Shown here piece after piece: positions 1-13,475 of a DNA stretch of 64,000 bases. How positions within the stretch are numbered: position 1 is the stretch's first letter; each line of letters opens with the position of its first letter. The translations under genes and the position numbers were made by a program. The notes under the pieces were generated by a model that saw only the letters and a program-made list of their open reading frames with translations, did no database searches and was not told the origin of the DNA. The DNA is from Octopus vulgaris. Lineage: Eukaryota. The DNA lies in the NCBI GenBank assembly GCA_951406725.2, contig OX597834.1, positions 30,070,001 through 30,134,000 of the forward strand. Direction: 5' to 3'.

Positions 1-527
1 ATACGGACGTATCCTTAACATAATTCTCAGACAGGGTTAGCACAACACAGTGGGTTCCAGAGTATTTCAATTGCAGATAAAATCCACCCAATAGGTTTCT
101 GCAAAATTTCAATCTACACAGTTTCACATATAGGGTATGGGTCCACCAAGGGTGTAGGAAAATGATATTTGCCCAAGATGCCATGCAGTGGGATGGAACT
201 TAGTTTCTTCTGGTGATGAAGTAAACTTGTTAACCATTCAACCATACTGCACCTACACACACCCACACTCACGTATGTGTACGCATGTCTGTACATGTGT
301 GTATGTACATATAAATGTGTATGTGTATTTCCATATATATTTGTATATTCTTTTACTTGCTTCAGTGATTTGATTGCGGCCATGCTGGAGCACCAGCTAT
401 ATATAATGTGTGTGTGTGTGTGTGTGTGCGTGTATATATATATAAATGAAAAAATGTATAAACATCGTCTGTTTATACATTTTTTTATTTATCAAGTAAT
501 GGAACGCAACACACACCGAATTTGTAT

Positions 528-586
<59 letters not shown>

Positions 587-2156
587 AATATATATATATG
601 TATGTATGTATATAAACATATATATGTATGTATGTATGTATATAAACATATATATGTATGTATGTGTATATATATATGTATATGTATATATATGTGTGTA
701 TATATATATATATATACATACACATGCACACACACATATATATGCATACATACATGCATATATAAATGCACATATGTAAATATATAGTGTGTATATATAT
801 ATATATGAATGAACTAATGTGTATATGAAGTAGAAAAGCTGTTGAACCTGGTTTCTAAGTTCAAATGTTAATTATCTGTGATACTGTATCCTCTAAGGAA
901 TGCATACAGCTCTTCTTGTTGTCTCAGTATGCCTGACTGACAAACAGGCTCCACTCCTAACAGCTGAGTGGCCAGTGTTAGGAAGAACAGCCAGCTGTGA
1001 AATATAAACCACATCCTACCTCAGGGATTGTTCACAAATTTCTAACAACCCAACTATTGTTGTTGTCGTTGTTGTTATTTGATGTTTAATCAGTAGATCC
1101 TCCTGGTTTGAAAAGACCTATGATCAAAGGAATTCCAACCAAGACCATCTCTTCATTTTTGTTTTTTTGTTCCCAAGAAAAGTGTACTAAAGACCACAAA
1201 AGTAAGGAACTGTAAGAGGGAGAGCTGAACAGAAGACAGTCCTCAGAGAAGAAGCTCCCCACTCACTCATGCAAAGTGTTTTAGCCCCTAACTCCTTACA
1301 TACTAAGGGGTCTGAGCTGGGCTGCATTCGGGTCATGACACTCTACTGTCACATTCTATGCTCCTGGATGATTAAGGTACACCAGAGCTGGGATACTTTG
1401 AGTGTTCCAAGCACTTCAGTCTCAAATGCTAGTTGAATATAAGGTAAATTATTCATTCTGATTTCGTTTTTGGATTTGGTTTGCAAGATTCTTTATATGA
1501 GTTCGTGTGTTGAAGCATATTCTGTTGTGTCTGGGAAGAGTCATTTTCTTTTTGTGCCTTATAATTTAACACATTCACTGGTAAAATTTCTACTTATTCC
1601 TTATTTTTATTTTCCTAAAATTTTCATTGAGTCTTGCAACCTTGAAAATTTTAGGAAAATAAAAATAAGAAATAAGTGGAAATTGTACCAGTGTCGTAAG
1701 TATATATATATAACAGGCATTTTTCAGTTTCCGTCTACCAAATTCACTCACAAGGCCTTGGTTAGCCCAAGGCTATAGGAGAAGACGCTTGTCCAAAGTG
1801 CCATGCAGTGGGACTGAACCTGGAATCATGTAGTCGGGAAGCAAGCTTCTTACCACACAGCCACACCTGCAACTATGTATGTATGTACTCATATACATGT
1901 GCGTGTGTGCCACATCAACCCAACTCTCATCATTACCAGTAGTAGGCGCAAAGCTTTCAACTCCATTTTCTGCTCTCCTTTTATACACAAAATGCTGAAC
2001 ACCCCTTTAAGAAAGACCATCATCGAGGCAGCATCTATATGGTTGCTTGACTTGCTTGAAATAGCAGTCAAATCATTCTCAGATCATACCTTAGAGTGAA
2101 ATTTTCTTTTAAAACTTACAGAATCATTGGACAATGTAGTCATGGATAATCTATGT

Positions 2157-2240
<84 letters not shown>

Positions 2241-2261
2241 GACGATGACGACGACGACGAT

Positions 2262-2369
2262 GCTCGAACACTCCAGAAGATGCTCGAAAAATAAGGTGTT
2301 ACCTTAGTTCACTACCAGGGAACAGCTAACACTGTAATACATCTCCAGCGTTAGAAGCTGTGCAAAGGC
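2262..2369 (+). mobile_element. R4/Dong-clade non-LTR 3' end fragment
   Basis: Matches the 3' end of the 9972-11737 element and sits between (TAA)n tracts. Confidence 0.75.
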
Positions 2370-2746
2370 AATAAATAATAATAATAATAATCCTTTCTAC
2401 TCTAGGCACAAGGCCTGAAATTTAAGTTGACATCAGCAGAATTTGAACTCAGAACATGAAGACAGGTGAAATACCGCGAAACATTTTGTCTGACATGCTA
2501 ACGATTCTGCCAGCTTTGCTGCCATTAGACATAGGTTTCAAGTTTTTGGCACAAGGCCAGCAATTTCAGGCGGTGGGTAATTCTATTATATCGACCCCAG
2601 TGCTCAACTGGTACTTATTTTATCAATCTCGAAAGGATGAAAGTTACAGTTGACCATAGCAGAATTTGAACTCATTATGTAACGTTGGACAAAATGCTGC
2701 TAATCAGTTGGCATGCTAGCAACTTTGCCAGCTCACCACCTTGATG

Positions 2747-2777
<31 letters not shown>

Positions 2778-2779
<2 letters not shown>

Positions 2780-3555
2780 GCCCTGATGCAGTACCAGACA
2801 GTGGCTCTCATGGCCTCTGATCTTAACTGATTGGAAGTGTTATCATATACATTGTTTTGTCTTGGTATAAAAGATGGGCTACAGCAAATATTCTGCTCAA
2901 TACTACAGATTTGCTTGTCAGTTGTTTGACCGTAACCAGTTGAGCATGTCATTTAGTAGTTGACATTATGTGCATCTCTGATCACGAGCAGAAGTAGTGG
3001 GGAGCATCATAGCCATATGTCGAGAGGAATTCTTTTGGGTTTTAATAATTCACCTCTGGAAACATGGGTGTTTTGTTCAACATCCTTAACCCTTTCATTA
3101 CCAACCCGGCCAAAACCGGCTCTAGCTCTGTAGTATTAATGTCTTGTTTTCATAGGTTTTTCATTAAAATCTTCCACCAAACCTTAGTTGCAATTTATGT
3201 TCCTAACACTAGCTTAATGATAACTAAATTATTTTACTAAATTCCTTATCATATTTAAAATAATTGAAAGAAACACAGAGCATCTCAAAATAAATACAGT
3301 AACGAAAGGGTTAAACAACCCTTATTCAGGGACCTTTTGAGCAAGATGGGTTACTCGACCAGAAGAAAATTCTAACTGGGCCCCACCTGCAAGGTCATGT
3401 GCTGTATATCTTGATATGAGATCACCTTGTCACGCACATATGGTTGTGATGCATGTGCCTGGTGTACCCTTATCAGACGGGTAGTCATGATGGGTATACT
3501 GGGCTTCGTATATTTTACCCATCTCACTTTGATGGCATGTACTGCTCTCTCACTC
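2778..3555. mobile_element. ~560-bp dispersed element flanked by TAA-type repeats, interrupted by a MITE; intact inverted copy at 12466-13023
   Basis: Near end-to-end reverse-complement match between the two copies. Confidence 0.8.
3090..3310. mobile_element. piggyBac-like MITE with TTAA TSD; second copy at 30623-30842
   Basis: ttaa|ccctttcattac ... gtaacgaaaggg|ttaa terminal inverted repeats. Confidence 0.85.
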
Positions 3556-5097
3556 AATAATGATGATGATGATGATGATGACGATGGTGGTGGTGGTGGT
3601 GGTTTTGATGATGATGATGATGGCGGCACTGTTAAATACGAGGCAAAATACCAGGAAAACTCAGAGAATAAGAACTACAAAAAGTTGGTTTTATGGGTGC
3701 TGCCCACTTTCTTACAAAAACATTATTAACCTGAGAATATCTGGTTCTCTTAAAACTCTTTCAAAATCTCAAGCATTGCAGAAAAAAAATTTTAATGAAA
3801 TCTTAATTCAAAGAATCTGGTTTGCTTTCCTTGAAATATATCTTTGCTAATCATAAACAGCTCTCATAGTTAAAACATTCAACTTGCTGTTACTTGAGCT
3901 CTCTGGGTGAGACTTGGAACAGTTTATATAAAACAAAGTAACAACAACTACATCAAAAATAAGAAAAAATAGAATCTGGCATTTTGTCGGTTACAACAAC
4001 GAGGGTTCCAGTTGATCCGATCAGCAGAATAGCTTGTTTGAGAAATTAATGTGCAAGTGGCTGAGCATTCCACAGACACATTTACCCTTAATGTAGTTCT
4101 CAGCGGGAGTCAGTGTGACACAGAATGTGACCAGGCTGGGCCCATTGAATTACAGGTACAACTCCTTTTTGCTAGATGAGTGGACTGCAACAATGTGAAC
4201 CAAAGTGTCTTGCTTAAGGACCCAGTGTGCCACTGGGAATCAAACTCGTGACCTTACGATCCTGAGCCGAATATCCCCAACCATGAAGCCACATGCTTTG
4301 CAACAAAAATAACAAGAATTATTAAAACTCCTTTTTACTCTAGGCACAAGGCCAGCAATTTGAGAGGAGGGATAAGTCAATGACATCAACCCCAACGTAG
4401 AACTGGTACTTGACTCATTAAACCCCAAAAGGATGAAAGGTAAAGTCAACTTTAGTGAACTTTGAATTAAATGGGTTGGTCAAGACTGGAATGTTTTTAA
4501 CCCTAGGTCTCCTTGATCAGGACTGATCTGGAGCTAAACAACAACAACAACAACAACAACATCAAATATGAGTTAATAAATTACTAGTTACAATGCCAAG
4601 CCCATGGAGTGTACTAAAAGAAGAAAAAAAAACACACTTCCAGAATTTGTAATTTTATGAATGGAGTACCACAGTCGAGCCATGCTCACACCTTTTTTAA
4701 CCTATATTTAAATGAACTTCCTGAACCTCCTTGAAATAGACACAGATGACTTGAAACATTTAAACCACCCACACTCATGCTCCCACCCCCCACCACCACC
4801 ACCATTAATCTCCTGACACACAGTTACACAGCTCCAATCCAACACCGATCACCTCCTGGTTAACTGGCGCCACACTGTAAACTGTTTGCTGTTGTTGTTG
4901 CTTTTGTTTAACCTTGAGTCAGCATAAACTGAGAACACTTATGATCAACGACATTCCACCCATGACCATTCATTCATTGTAAGTTGAAGTGAATTTGACA
5001 ATTATTTTTAGTAAGCCAAGCTGACCATGTAGAGCACTGTTTCTCAACCCAGGTCCATATGACCCTTAGTGGGGTCCATACACACACACACACACAC

Positions 5098-5284
5098 GTG
5101 TACCGTTGGTGATTTTTTTTCCTCTGTCTTCCCTTCTCTGGATCTTTCCTTCTCCTATGTTTCCGACGAAGAGCTCCGCTCGAAATGTTAAACCCTCCTT
5201 CTTTCCTGAGCATCCAATAATACTATATTTGTTCCACGTCCTCGCGTTGTTGTGTTTTTTTGTGCTTTCTTGTTTGGATTAACT
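5098..5284 (+). mobile_element. Penelope-like pLTR fragment with mutated hammerhead (5159-5193); sister copy at 6616-6813
   Basis: ~190-bp dispersed repeat, both copies ending against (TA)n. Core here reads ccgacga...gaaatgtt. Confidence 0.6.
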
Positions 5285-5574
5285 ATATATATATACATAT
5301 ATGTTCATACATTATTGTTTTGTATGTATACTTTATCATCCCCGATATAAACCATATCGCTGTCTCTATATATTTCTTATATTCACATTTACATATAGTA
5401 AATGTACAAAGCGCTTTCCAGAGGTTTTTTCAGGAGTGACATCTATTCCTCTCTAGGAAGTACAAAACTGCAGTCTCTTTCAAAGCAGGATCCTCTCACT
5501 TCAGTGCAGTTGTTGTAGGGCTCCAACCACTTGATGAAGGGTCCCACAGAAGTCGTCCAAAGTGAAGATATTCA

Positions 5575-5960
5575 GGACTCTGATCACAGCCTCATTCAGC
5601 TTCTCCTTCAGCTTGGGGAACAACCAAAAGTCACAGAGATTAGGGTCTGGACTCTAAGGGAAGGTCAGTGGCAGTTTTGATGCCCTTCTCTGACAAGTAG
5701 TTGGTTACCAGGATGGAATTGTGTTCTGGTGGAGGTACCACTGACCCACGTAGAACAGTTCTGGCTGCTTTGTGAGAAGATCTCTTTCTGAATTCCCTCA
5801 AAACTTCTGCAAAGTAATCTTTGTTGACCATCTGGCCAGAGGGGACCCAGTGGATATAAATGATGTCCTTGCTGTTGTCGAAAGGGGATCGTTATGAGCT
5901 CCCCGGTGGGCTTGCATTTTTTGGCATTTTGTGCCAGCAGAAAACAGATGCTCGGCTCAT
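5575..5960 (-). mobile_element. Decayed mariner transposase C-terminal fragment
   Basis: VNKDYFAEVLREFRKR...HNSILVTNYL...SPDLNLCDFWLFPKLKEKL across frameshifts (YSPDL-like motif). Confidence 0.7.
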
Positions 5961-6403
5961 ATAAGTTAATCCATGACCAGTCTGGAGCAGTTCATTTGTT
6001 TCTGTAGTGTTTTCCCCACCCCAGTTTAACACAAAACTTTATTGCAAGATTCCATATTGTCTTCGTGGCCCAACTGCATTCTACAAACTAGTCAGCTGTG
6101 ACGAGAAGTGTTTAATAGGGTGTGTTCGAAGTGTTGTTACAATCATCTCCTCCAAACTGGAATAACAAAAGGAGGCAGGTCAGCTTATTGGATATATAGT
6201 AATGATATACTAAAATTACAATAATCTAGGGCAGCTACGATTATCTCCCCTGAAACAGAGTCAAAACTTCTTGAATGCACCTTGTGTATCATGTATAAAA
6301 GAGAATGATGAAAGTAAAAGTAGACATTCTAAATATAGCAATGTATAAACAACATTTACAGTGCGTGTGTGTGTGTGTCTATATCTATACCTATCTATCT
6401 ATA

Positions 6404-6439
<36 letters not shown>

Positions 6440-6676
6440 TATACACACGAATACACACACACGTACACATATGTGAGTGGGTGTGTGTATAAAAAGTGAG
6501 AGAGGGAGAAGAAACAAACTTCTTCATCCACATTCAAACACGCTTTCTAAATCTGTCACTGGGCCAATAGCAGTAAATTATGTATTTCCTTCCGGTCATT
6601 CAAAATGTGACCGCATGTGTACCGTTGGCGATTTTTTTCCTCCGTCTTCCCTTCTCTGGATCTTTCCTTTTCCTAT

Positions 6677-6711
6677 GTTTCTGACGAAGAGCTCCGCTCG
6701 AAACGTAAAAC
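6677..6711 (+). ncRNA. Minimal type I hammerhead ribozyme motif (Penelope-type)
   Basis: gttt-CTGACGA-a-gagc(tcc)gctc-GAAA-cg-TA-aaac: stem I gttt/aaac, stem II, palindromic ACGT stem III, GUA cleavage triplet. Confidence 0.8.
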
Positions 6712-6835
6712 CCTCCTTATTCCCTTCCTTCCTGAGCATCCAATAATACTATATTTGTTCCATGTCCTCGCGTTGTTGTGTTTTCTCTTTGTGTTTTCAT
6801 GTTTGGATTAACTTTATATATATATATAATGTCAT

Positions 6836-7349
6836 GCGGAGGTGCAATGGCCCAGTGGTTAGGGCAGCAGACTCGCAGTGATATGATCGTGGTTTAAATT
6901 CCCAGACCGGGCATTGTGAGTGTTTATTGAGTGAAAACACCTAAAGTTCCATGAGGCTCCGGAAGGGGATGGTGGTGAACCCTGCTGTACTCTTTCACCA
7001 CAACTTTCTCTCACTCTTTCTTCCTGTTTCTGTTGTACCTGTATTTCAAAGGGCCAGCCTTGTCACACTGTGTCACACTGAATCTCCTCGAGAATTACGT
7101 TAAGGGTACATGTGTCTGTGGAGTTCTCAGCCACTTACACGTTAATAAATGAACTGCGACGTCACTGGTGCCAAGCTGTATCGGCCTTTGCCTTTCCCTT
7201 GGATAACATCAGTGGTGTGGAGAGGGGAGGCTGGTATGCATGGGTGACTGTTGGTCTTCCATAAACAACCTTGCCCAGACTTGTGCCTCGGAGGGTAACT
7301 TTCTAGGTGCAATCCCATGGTTATTCATGACCGAAGGGGGTCACAACAA
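6836..7349 (+). mobile_element. Chimeric tRNA-derived SINE with TSD
   Basis: A/B-box head tggcccagtggtt...gtttaaattcc; flanking direct repeat tatatataatgtcat (6821-6835, 7350-7364). Confidence 0.8.
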
Positions 7350-7640
7350 TATATATAATGTCATATCATGGACTCTCCCATCGTAAGACAACATATGAGG
7401 GTTCTGCAATTTCTTGCTGAACAACCAAATATTTGTTTACACATAAACTCACTCCCGCCATCAAATCGACTTTACCTGTACAGGAGCACATGTCACATGT
7501 CACATGACGAAATGAACACAGAGCAACGTGACATGAAGTGTTTGCTCACAAACACAATGCAATGCCCAGTCTGGGAATCAAACCCAGAATCTCACAATCA
7601 TAAGTAAAACACCCTGACCACTAAGTCATGTGCCTTTGTG

Positions 7641-7673
<33 letters not shown>

Positions 7674-8794
7674 TCATATGCACTCACACATACACATGCA
7701 CTCATACACACACACACATACACACTCACACATGATGGGCTTCTTTCAGTTTCCTTCAACCAAATCTACTCTCAAGACCCTGAAAGGGTGAAAGGCAAAA
7801 TTGACCAGAAGAAAAAGAAATGGAAGGAATGATATTAAGCATTTTGTCCAAAATGCCAGTTTATGCCTCCTTTTCATAATTATAATATAATTGGTTTTAA
7901 ATTTTGGCAGTTGATTTCATTGACCCCAGTACCCAAGGCTATAACAGAAGACTCTTCTCCAAAATGCATTGCAGTGGAACTGAACCCAGAACCATGTGGT
8001 TGGGAAGCAAACTTCTTAACCGCACAGCCTAATCGCTCCTAAATACATAATACCACCCAAAGTATTACGGTATAATACCATGCACAACAGCATTTTAATA
8101 TGGATGGTTTTTCATGCTCTGTGCCACCCTGTCAAGTATAATACTCTCTCCTACTCTCTGCCACCCATCTTGTAACATTGGATATATTTTCTTTTCTTCC
8201 TTTGAGTCTTACAATCACATCTGTTTTCACAGTTGACACGATTGGCATCAATTCATCATGGACATGTGTGTGTGTGAGCGTGTGTGTTTGTGTGTAGCAT
8301 ACTGTATATATATTTTCATACATGTTTGTTTGCTGTATGTATGTGTGTTTATATCATATACACACATATAGAGAGAGGTGTTTCTGTGTACATATATGTG
8401 TATGTATATATATATATATTATAGCTGCCCCTTCGTTATCAAGTATGGCCATTGCACGAAGCTTAACTGTTACTGGTGCTGTGATCGAATGTGACTTTTT
8501 AGCCCAGATCTACAGTCTTGTACAAAATTGATAACTAAAACCTTACATATATATAGACACATACATACATATATAGGTACACACACACACATACATAGCA
8601 ACACATCCCAGAAATAAGCATATAATAAGTGCATATGTACATGTGCATCCATCCATGACTGCCCCATTGATGTTGTCTCAATTCCATTGGAAGTATCTTG
8701 TTCCTATGTTAGAAAGCAACTCTTTCTCTATTGGTGAGAAATTTGAAAAACAATGGAAAAGGAAACACTCAGATATGTGTATATATGTATATAT

Positions 8795-9105
8795 AACGGG
8801 AAGCTTTATGAAAATAGACAAAAGACGAAGGCAGGTTTACGGAAATAAACAAAAGACGAAGGCAGGTGGAATACAAACAAACAATTGTATTAGTATGGCG
8901 CTCAGGAAATATAAATAAAACAAGTCTTTAACGTTTCGAGCCTACGCTCTTCAACAGAAAGATACATACATGTATATATGTGTGTGTGGTTCAAAATTGT
9001 ACAAAAAACAAAAGACAAAGACAGGTGAGGGAACAGCAAACAAGGTGGATTAATTTGATGCTCAGGAAAAATGTTCCAAGCCTACACTCTTCTACAGAAA
9101 GGAAT
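8795..9105 (-). mobile_element. Two related Penelope-like pLTR fragments with variant hammerhead cores
   Basis: Minus strand tcttt-CTGTTGA-agagcgtaggctc-GAAA-cgtt-aaaga (8925-8962) followed by ttcctgagc as in the 6616 copy. A more decayed copy lies at ~9070-9102. Confidence 0.5.
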
Positions 9106-9113
9106 GTGTGTGC

Positions 9114-9146
<33 letters not shown>

Positions 9147-9391
9147 GTTGTTAAATAGTATGAAATGAAGTTGCCAGATTCACAGAATCATTAAAGCATT
9201 GAAAAAGGTGTCTTGTGATATTTGTTCTGGCATTTTGTGTTCTATGTTTAAACCCCTCCCCTCTCAACTTTACCTTTCGTCCTTTTGGAGGGGTCAATTA
9301 AATAAAGGACCAGTGAAGCACTGGGGTTAATATAACTGACCCATTCCCTTCCCAGGACTTGCTGGCCTTGTGCCAAAATTTGAAGCCATTA

Positions 9392-9423
<32 letters not shown>

Positions 9424-9932
9424 GGCAGAATTGTTAGCATGCCAGGCAAAATGCTTAGCAGCACTTCATCTGCTTTTATGTTCTGAGTTCAAATACCACC
9501 AAGATTGACCTTGCCTTTCATCCTTTTGGGGTCGATAACATAAGTACCAGTTGTGTACTGGGGTCAATGAAATCAACTGCCAAAATTTAAAACCAATTAT
9601 ATTATAATTATGAAAAGGAGGCATAAACTGGCATTTTGAACAAAATGCTTAACATCATTCCTTCCATTTCGTTTTCTTCTGGTCAGTTTTGCCTTTCATC
9701 CTTTCAGGGTCAATAAAATAAAGGACCAGAGAAATACTGGGCTCAATGTAATCAACTTTACCCTCTTTCCTTAAAATTGTTAAGCAGGTGACAAACTTTA
9801 AAACCATTTCATTTTACCAGAATGAATTTGTTGAAACATAATTGAAAGTGGCAAAAATGGCAAGAGTGAGTATAGACCTTTGAGTCAGAGAACAGGAATT
9901 GGAGAGGTCAGTTGACCTTAGTGTCCAGGAAG

Positions 9933-9967
<35 letters not shown>

Positions 9968-9971
9968 TATT

Positions 9972-11737
9972 GCCTTTGCACAGCTTCTAACGCTGGAGAT
10001 GTACTAGTGTCACCTGTTCACTACCAGTAACACCTCTTATTTTTCAAGCACCTTCCAGAGTATTTGAGCGGTTCCGAGCAGTGCTGTTTTCTGCAAGTGC
10101 TCCACCCTTACTGCAGCCCCTATTTGTTCCATGTACTTCTCGAGATTTTGGCTCACTGTTCCCAGGGATCCAACAATTATTGGTACTACTGCTACCTTTG
10201 TCATTGACCACAACTGCTTAACCTCCCAAGCTAACCTCTCATATCTATTGACTTTTCTTTCTTCCTTATTGCATACCTTGTTGTCAGCTGGGCATGCTAT
10301 ATCTATGATCCAGCATAGTTTGTTTTCTTTCTCAATTAGGACTATGTCCAACTTCCGATTCTCTATCTCATGGTTGCACTGAATCATAAAATCCCACAGG
10401 ATCTTTGCATTTCTATTTTTGATGATGCCTTCAGGTTTGTGGTCGTACCAATTTTTTGCTCTGTCAAGTCCATACTTGTTGCAAAGTGTCCAATGGACAA
10501 TCCTTGCTATATTGTTGTAGCATCTCTTATATTCTTTCTGGGCTAGTGGTGTACATTTATTTCTTTATTGCCCACAAGGGGCTAAACACAGAGGGGACAA
10601 ACAAGGACAGACAAAGGGATTAAATCGATTACATCGACCTCAGTGCGTAACTGGTACTTAATTTATCGACCCTGAAAGGATGAAAGGCAAAGTTGACCTC
10701 GGCGGAACTTGAACCCAGAACGTAACTGCAGACGAAATACGGCTACGCTAGTGGTGTACATTGGCTGGTAATATGCTATACGGTTTCACCATTTTGTCCA
10801 CAGATTCTGCACTTATCACTTTCTGCCTTTCTACTGTGTTGTCTACTCTGTATTTTATGTAGTTTGTTCTTAGTGCTTGCTCTTGGACAGAACAGATTAG
10901 AGCCTCCGTTTCCGGTTTTAAATCACTTTTAGTCATCCATAGCTATCTTTATTCACTGTCTGTCTTATCTTCAACATCCCCTTGGAACTGTCCATGCATT
11001 CTTTTCTTTACCCACCTATTTTCAGTTTCATTCATTCTCAAGTCCTTGTACAGTGCTTTATCTTTGCAATCTTCCATCCCACACAAGCCTAACCTTCTTA
11101 CTTCCAATAGAAGCGGTTCTGTGGCATTTTTTACATACCATGCTATGTTGTTTTCTTCTCCTTTAATGCTGTGTTTGCATCCAATAAGTCCTCTTCCTCT
11201 CTTTTTCTTGTTACATACAGTCTATCTGTGTCACTTTTTGGGTGGAGTGACCCATATCTGGTTAGCAACTTCCTTATCTTTCTATCTAAGCTGTTTAGTT
11301 TGTCTACTGTCCATGCGATTACCCCTGCTCCATACCTAAGGTGTGAAACTGCTCAGATGTTGATAGCTTCGATCTTATTCCGTCCATTTGATTTTGACTT
11401 AAAGATCAGTTTCAGTCTGCGCAAGTACTCCACCTTAAATTTTTCTATCATTTCTTTCTCCATCAATTTATCTATTTTCCAGTATCCCCAAGTACTTATA
11501 GCCCGTCTCTTCTATCTGCTTCATAACCTCCCCCGACGGTATCGTTAGCCTGTCCATACATTTGATTTTGCCTCTCTTCAAGACTAACATACCTCACTTT
11601 CTCAGTCCGAACTCCATTCTGATATCAGCACTGAAGGTATACACCATATCAACGATGGAACTGACTTTGGCTTCATCTTTACCATAAAGTTTGAGGTCAT
11701 CCATGAAAAACAAATGGTTGACTTTTTGCTGGCAGCT
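9972..11737 (-). mobile_element. 5'-truncated R4/Dong-clade non-LTR retrotransposon (RT end + restriction-like endonuclease); second copy at 54173-55008
   Basis: VNHLFFMDDLKLYG RT motif near 11700; ETEALICSVQEQAL; RKLDIVLI...IDIACP...VVPIIVGSLG...LQKTALLGTA REL-domain tail. Confidence 0.85.
10558..10746 (-). mobile_element. 5'-truncated SINE nested in the R4/Dong element
   Basis: 16-bp TSD gctagtggtgtacatt at 10542-10557 and 10747-10762. Confidence 0.85.
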
Positions 11738-11759
11738 TTATTATTATTATTATTATTAC

Positions 11760-11975
11760 TCTTTTTCTCTTTTACTCTTTTACTTGTTTGTCATTTGACT
11801 GCGGCCATGCTGGAGCACCGCCTTTAGTCGAGCAACTCGACCCCGGGACTTATTCTTTTGTAAGCCCAGTACTTATTCTATCGGTCTCTTTTTGCCGAAC
11901 TGCTAAGTGACGGGGACGTAAACACACATGCATTGGTTGTCAAGCAATGCTAGGGGAACAAACACAGACACACAA

Positions 11976-12010
<35 letters not shown>

Positions 12011-12173
12011 CGACAGGCTTCTTTCAGTTTCCGTCTACCAAATCCACTCACAAGGCATTGGTCGGCCCGGGGCTATAGCAGAAGACACTTGCCCAAGATG
12101 CCACGCAGTGGGACTGAACCCGGAACCATGTGGTTGGTTAGCAAGCTACTTACCACACAGCCACTCCTGCGCC

Positions 12174-12174
<1 letters not shown>
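11760..12174 (-). mobile_element. tRNA/CORE-like SINE, full length; others at 24148-24560 (+) and 63101-63500 (+), plus many fragments
   Basis: Head gtggctgtgtggtaag...ggttcagtccc, CORE-like cttgggcaagtgtcttct, internal TA/TG microsatellite, tail ...gactgaaacaagtaaaaga. Confidence 0.8.
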
Positions 12175-12227
<53 letters not shown>

Positions 12228-13437
12228 GAAATAGCCAGGCAGTGAGCTGGTAGAATGGTTAATATGCCTGTGAAAATGCTTACTGGCATTTCATCCGTCT
12301 TTACATTCTGGGTTCAAATTCTACTGCTGTCAGCTTTGCCTTTCAACCTTTCAGGGTCAATAAAATAAGTACCAGTTGAGCATTGGGGGTAATGTCATCA
12401 ACTAGCTCCCTACACCAAAATTTTAGGCCTCATGCCTATAGTAAAAAAGGTTTATTGTTATTATTGAGTGAGAGAGCAGTGCATGCCATCAAAGTGATAC
12501 TGGGGTAAAATATACAAAACCCAGTATACCCATCATGACTACCCGTCTGATAAGGGTACACCAGGCACATGCATCACAACCATATGTGCGCGACATGATG
12601 ATCTCATATCAAGATAAACAGCACATGACCTCGCAGGTGGGGCCCAGTTAGAATTTTCTTCAGTTTGAGTAACCCATCCTGCTCAAAAGGTGTCTGAATA
12701 AGGGTTATTTAAGGATGTTGAACAAAGCACCCATGTTTCCAGAGGTGAATTATTCAAACCCCAAATAATCCCTCTCAACACATGGCTATGATGCTCCCCC
12801 ACTACTTCTGCTCATGATCAGAGATGCACATATCGTTAGCCACTAAGGGACATGCTCAACTGGTTACGGTCAAACAACTGACAAGCAAATCTGAGGTACT
12901 GAGCAGAATATTTGCTGTAGCCCATTTTTTTAATACCAAGACAAAACAATGTACATGATAACACTTCCAATCAATTAAGATCAGCAGCCATGAGAGCCAC
13001 TGTCTGGTACTGCATCAGGGCATTTATTATTATTATTATCATTATTATTAAGATGGTGAGCTGGCACAATTGTTAGCATGGTGGGCGAAATGCTTAGTGG
13101 GTTTTCACCCATTGCTCCATTCCGAGTTCAAATTCTGCCGCGGTTGACTTTGCCTTTCATCCTTTTGGGATCGATAAATTAAGTACCAGTGAGACACTGG
13201 GGTCGATGTAATCAACTAGTCTCCTCTCCCAAAATTTCAGGTCTTATGCCTTCAGTATTATTACTATTATTATTATTATTATTATTATTGGCATTAGGAA
13301 GGGCATCCAGCTGTAGAAAACTCTGCCAGATCAAGATTGGAGCCTGGTGCAGCCATCATAGTTCGCCAGCCGTCAGTCAAAATCGTCCAACCCATGCTAG
13401 CATGGAAAACGGACGTTAAACGATGATGATGAGGATG

Positions 13438-13475
<38 letters not shown>

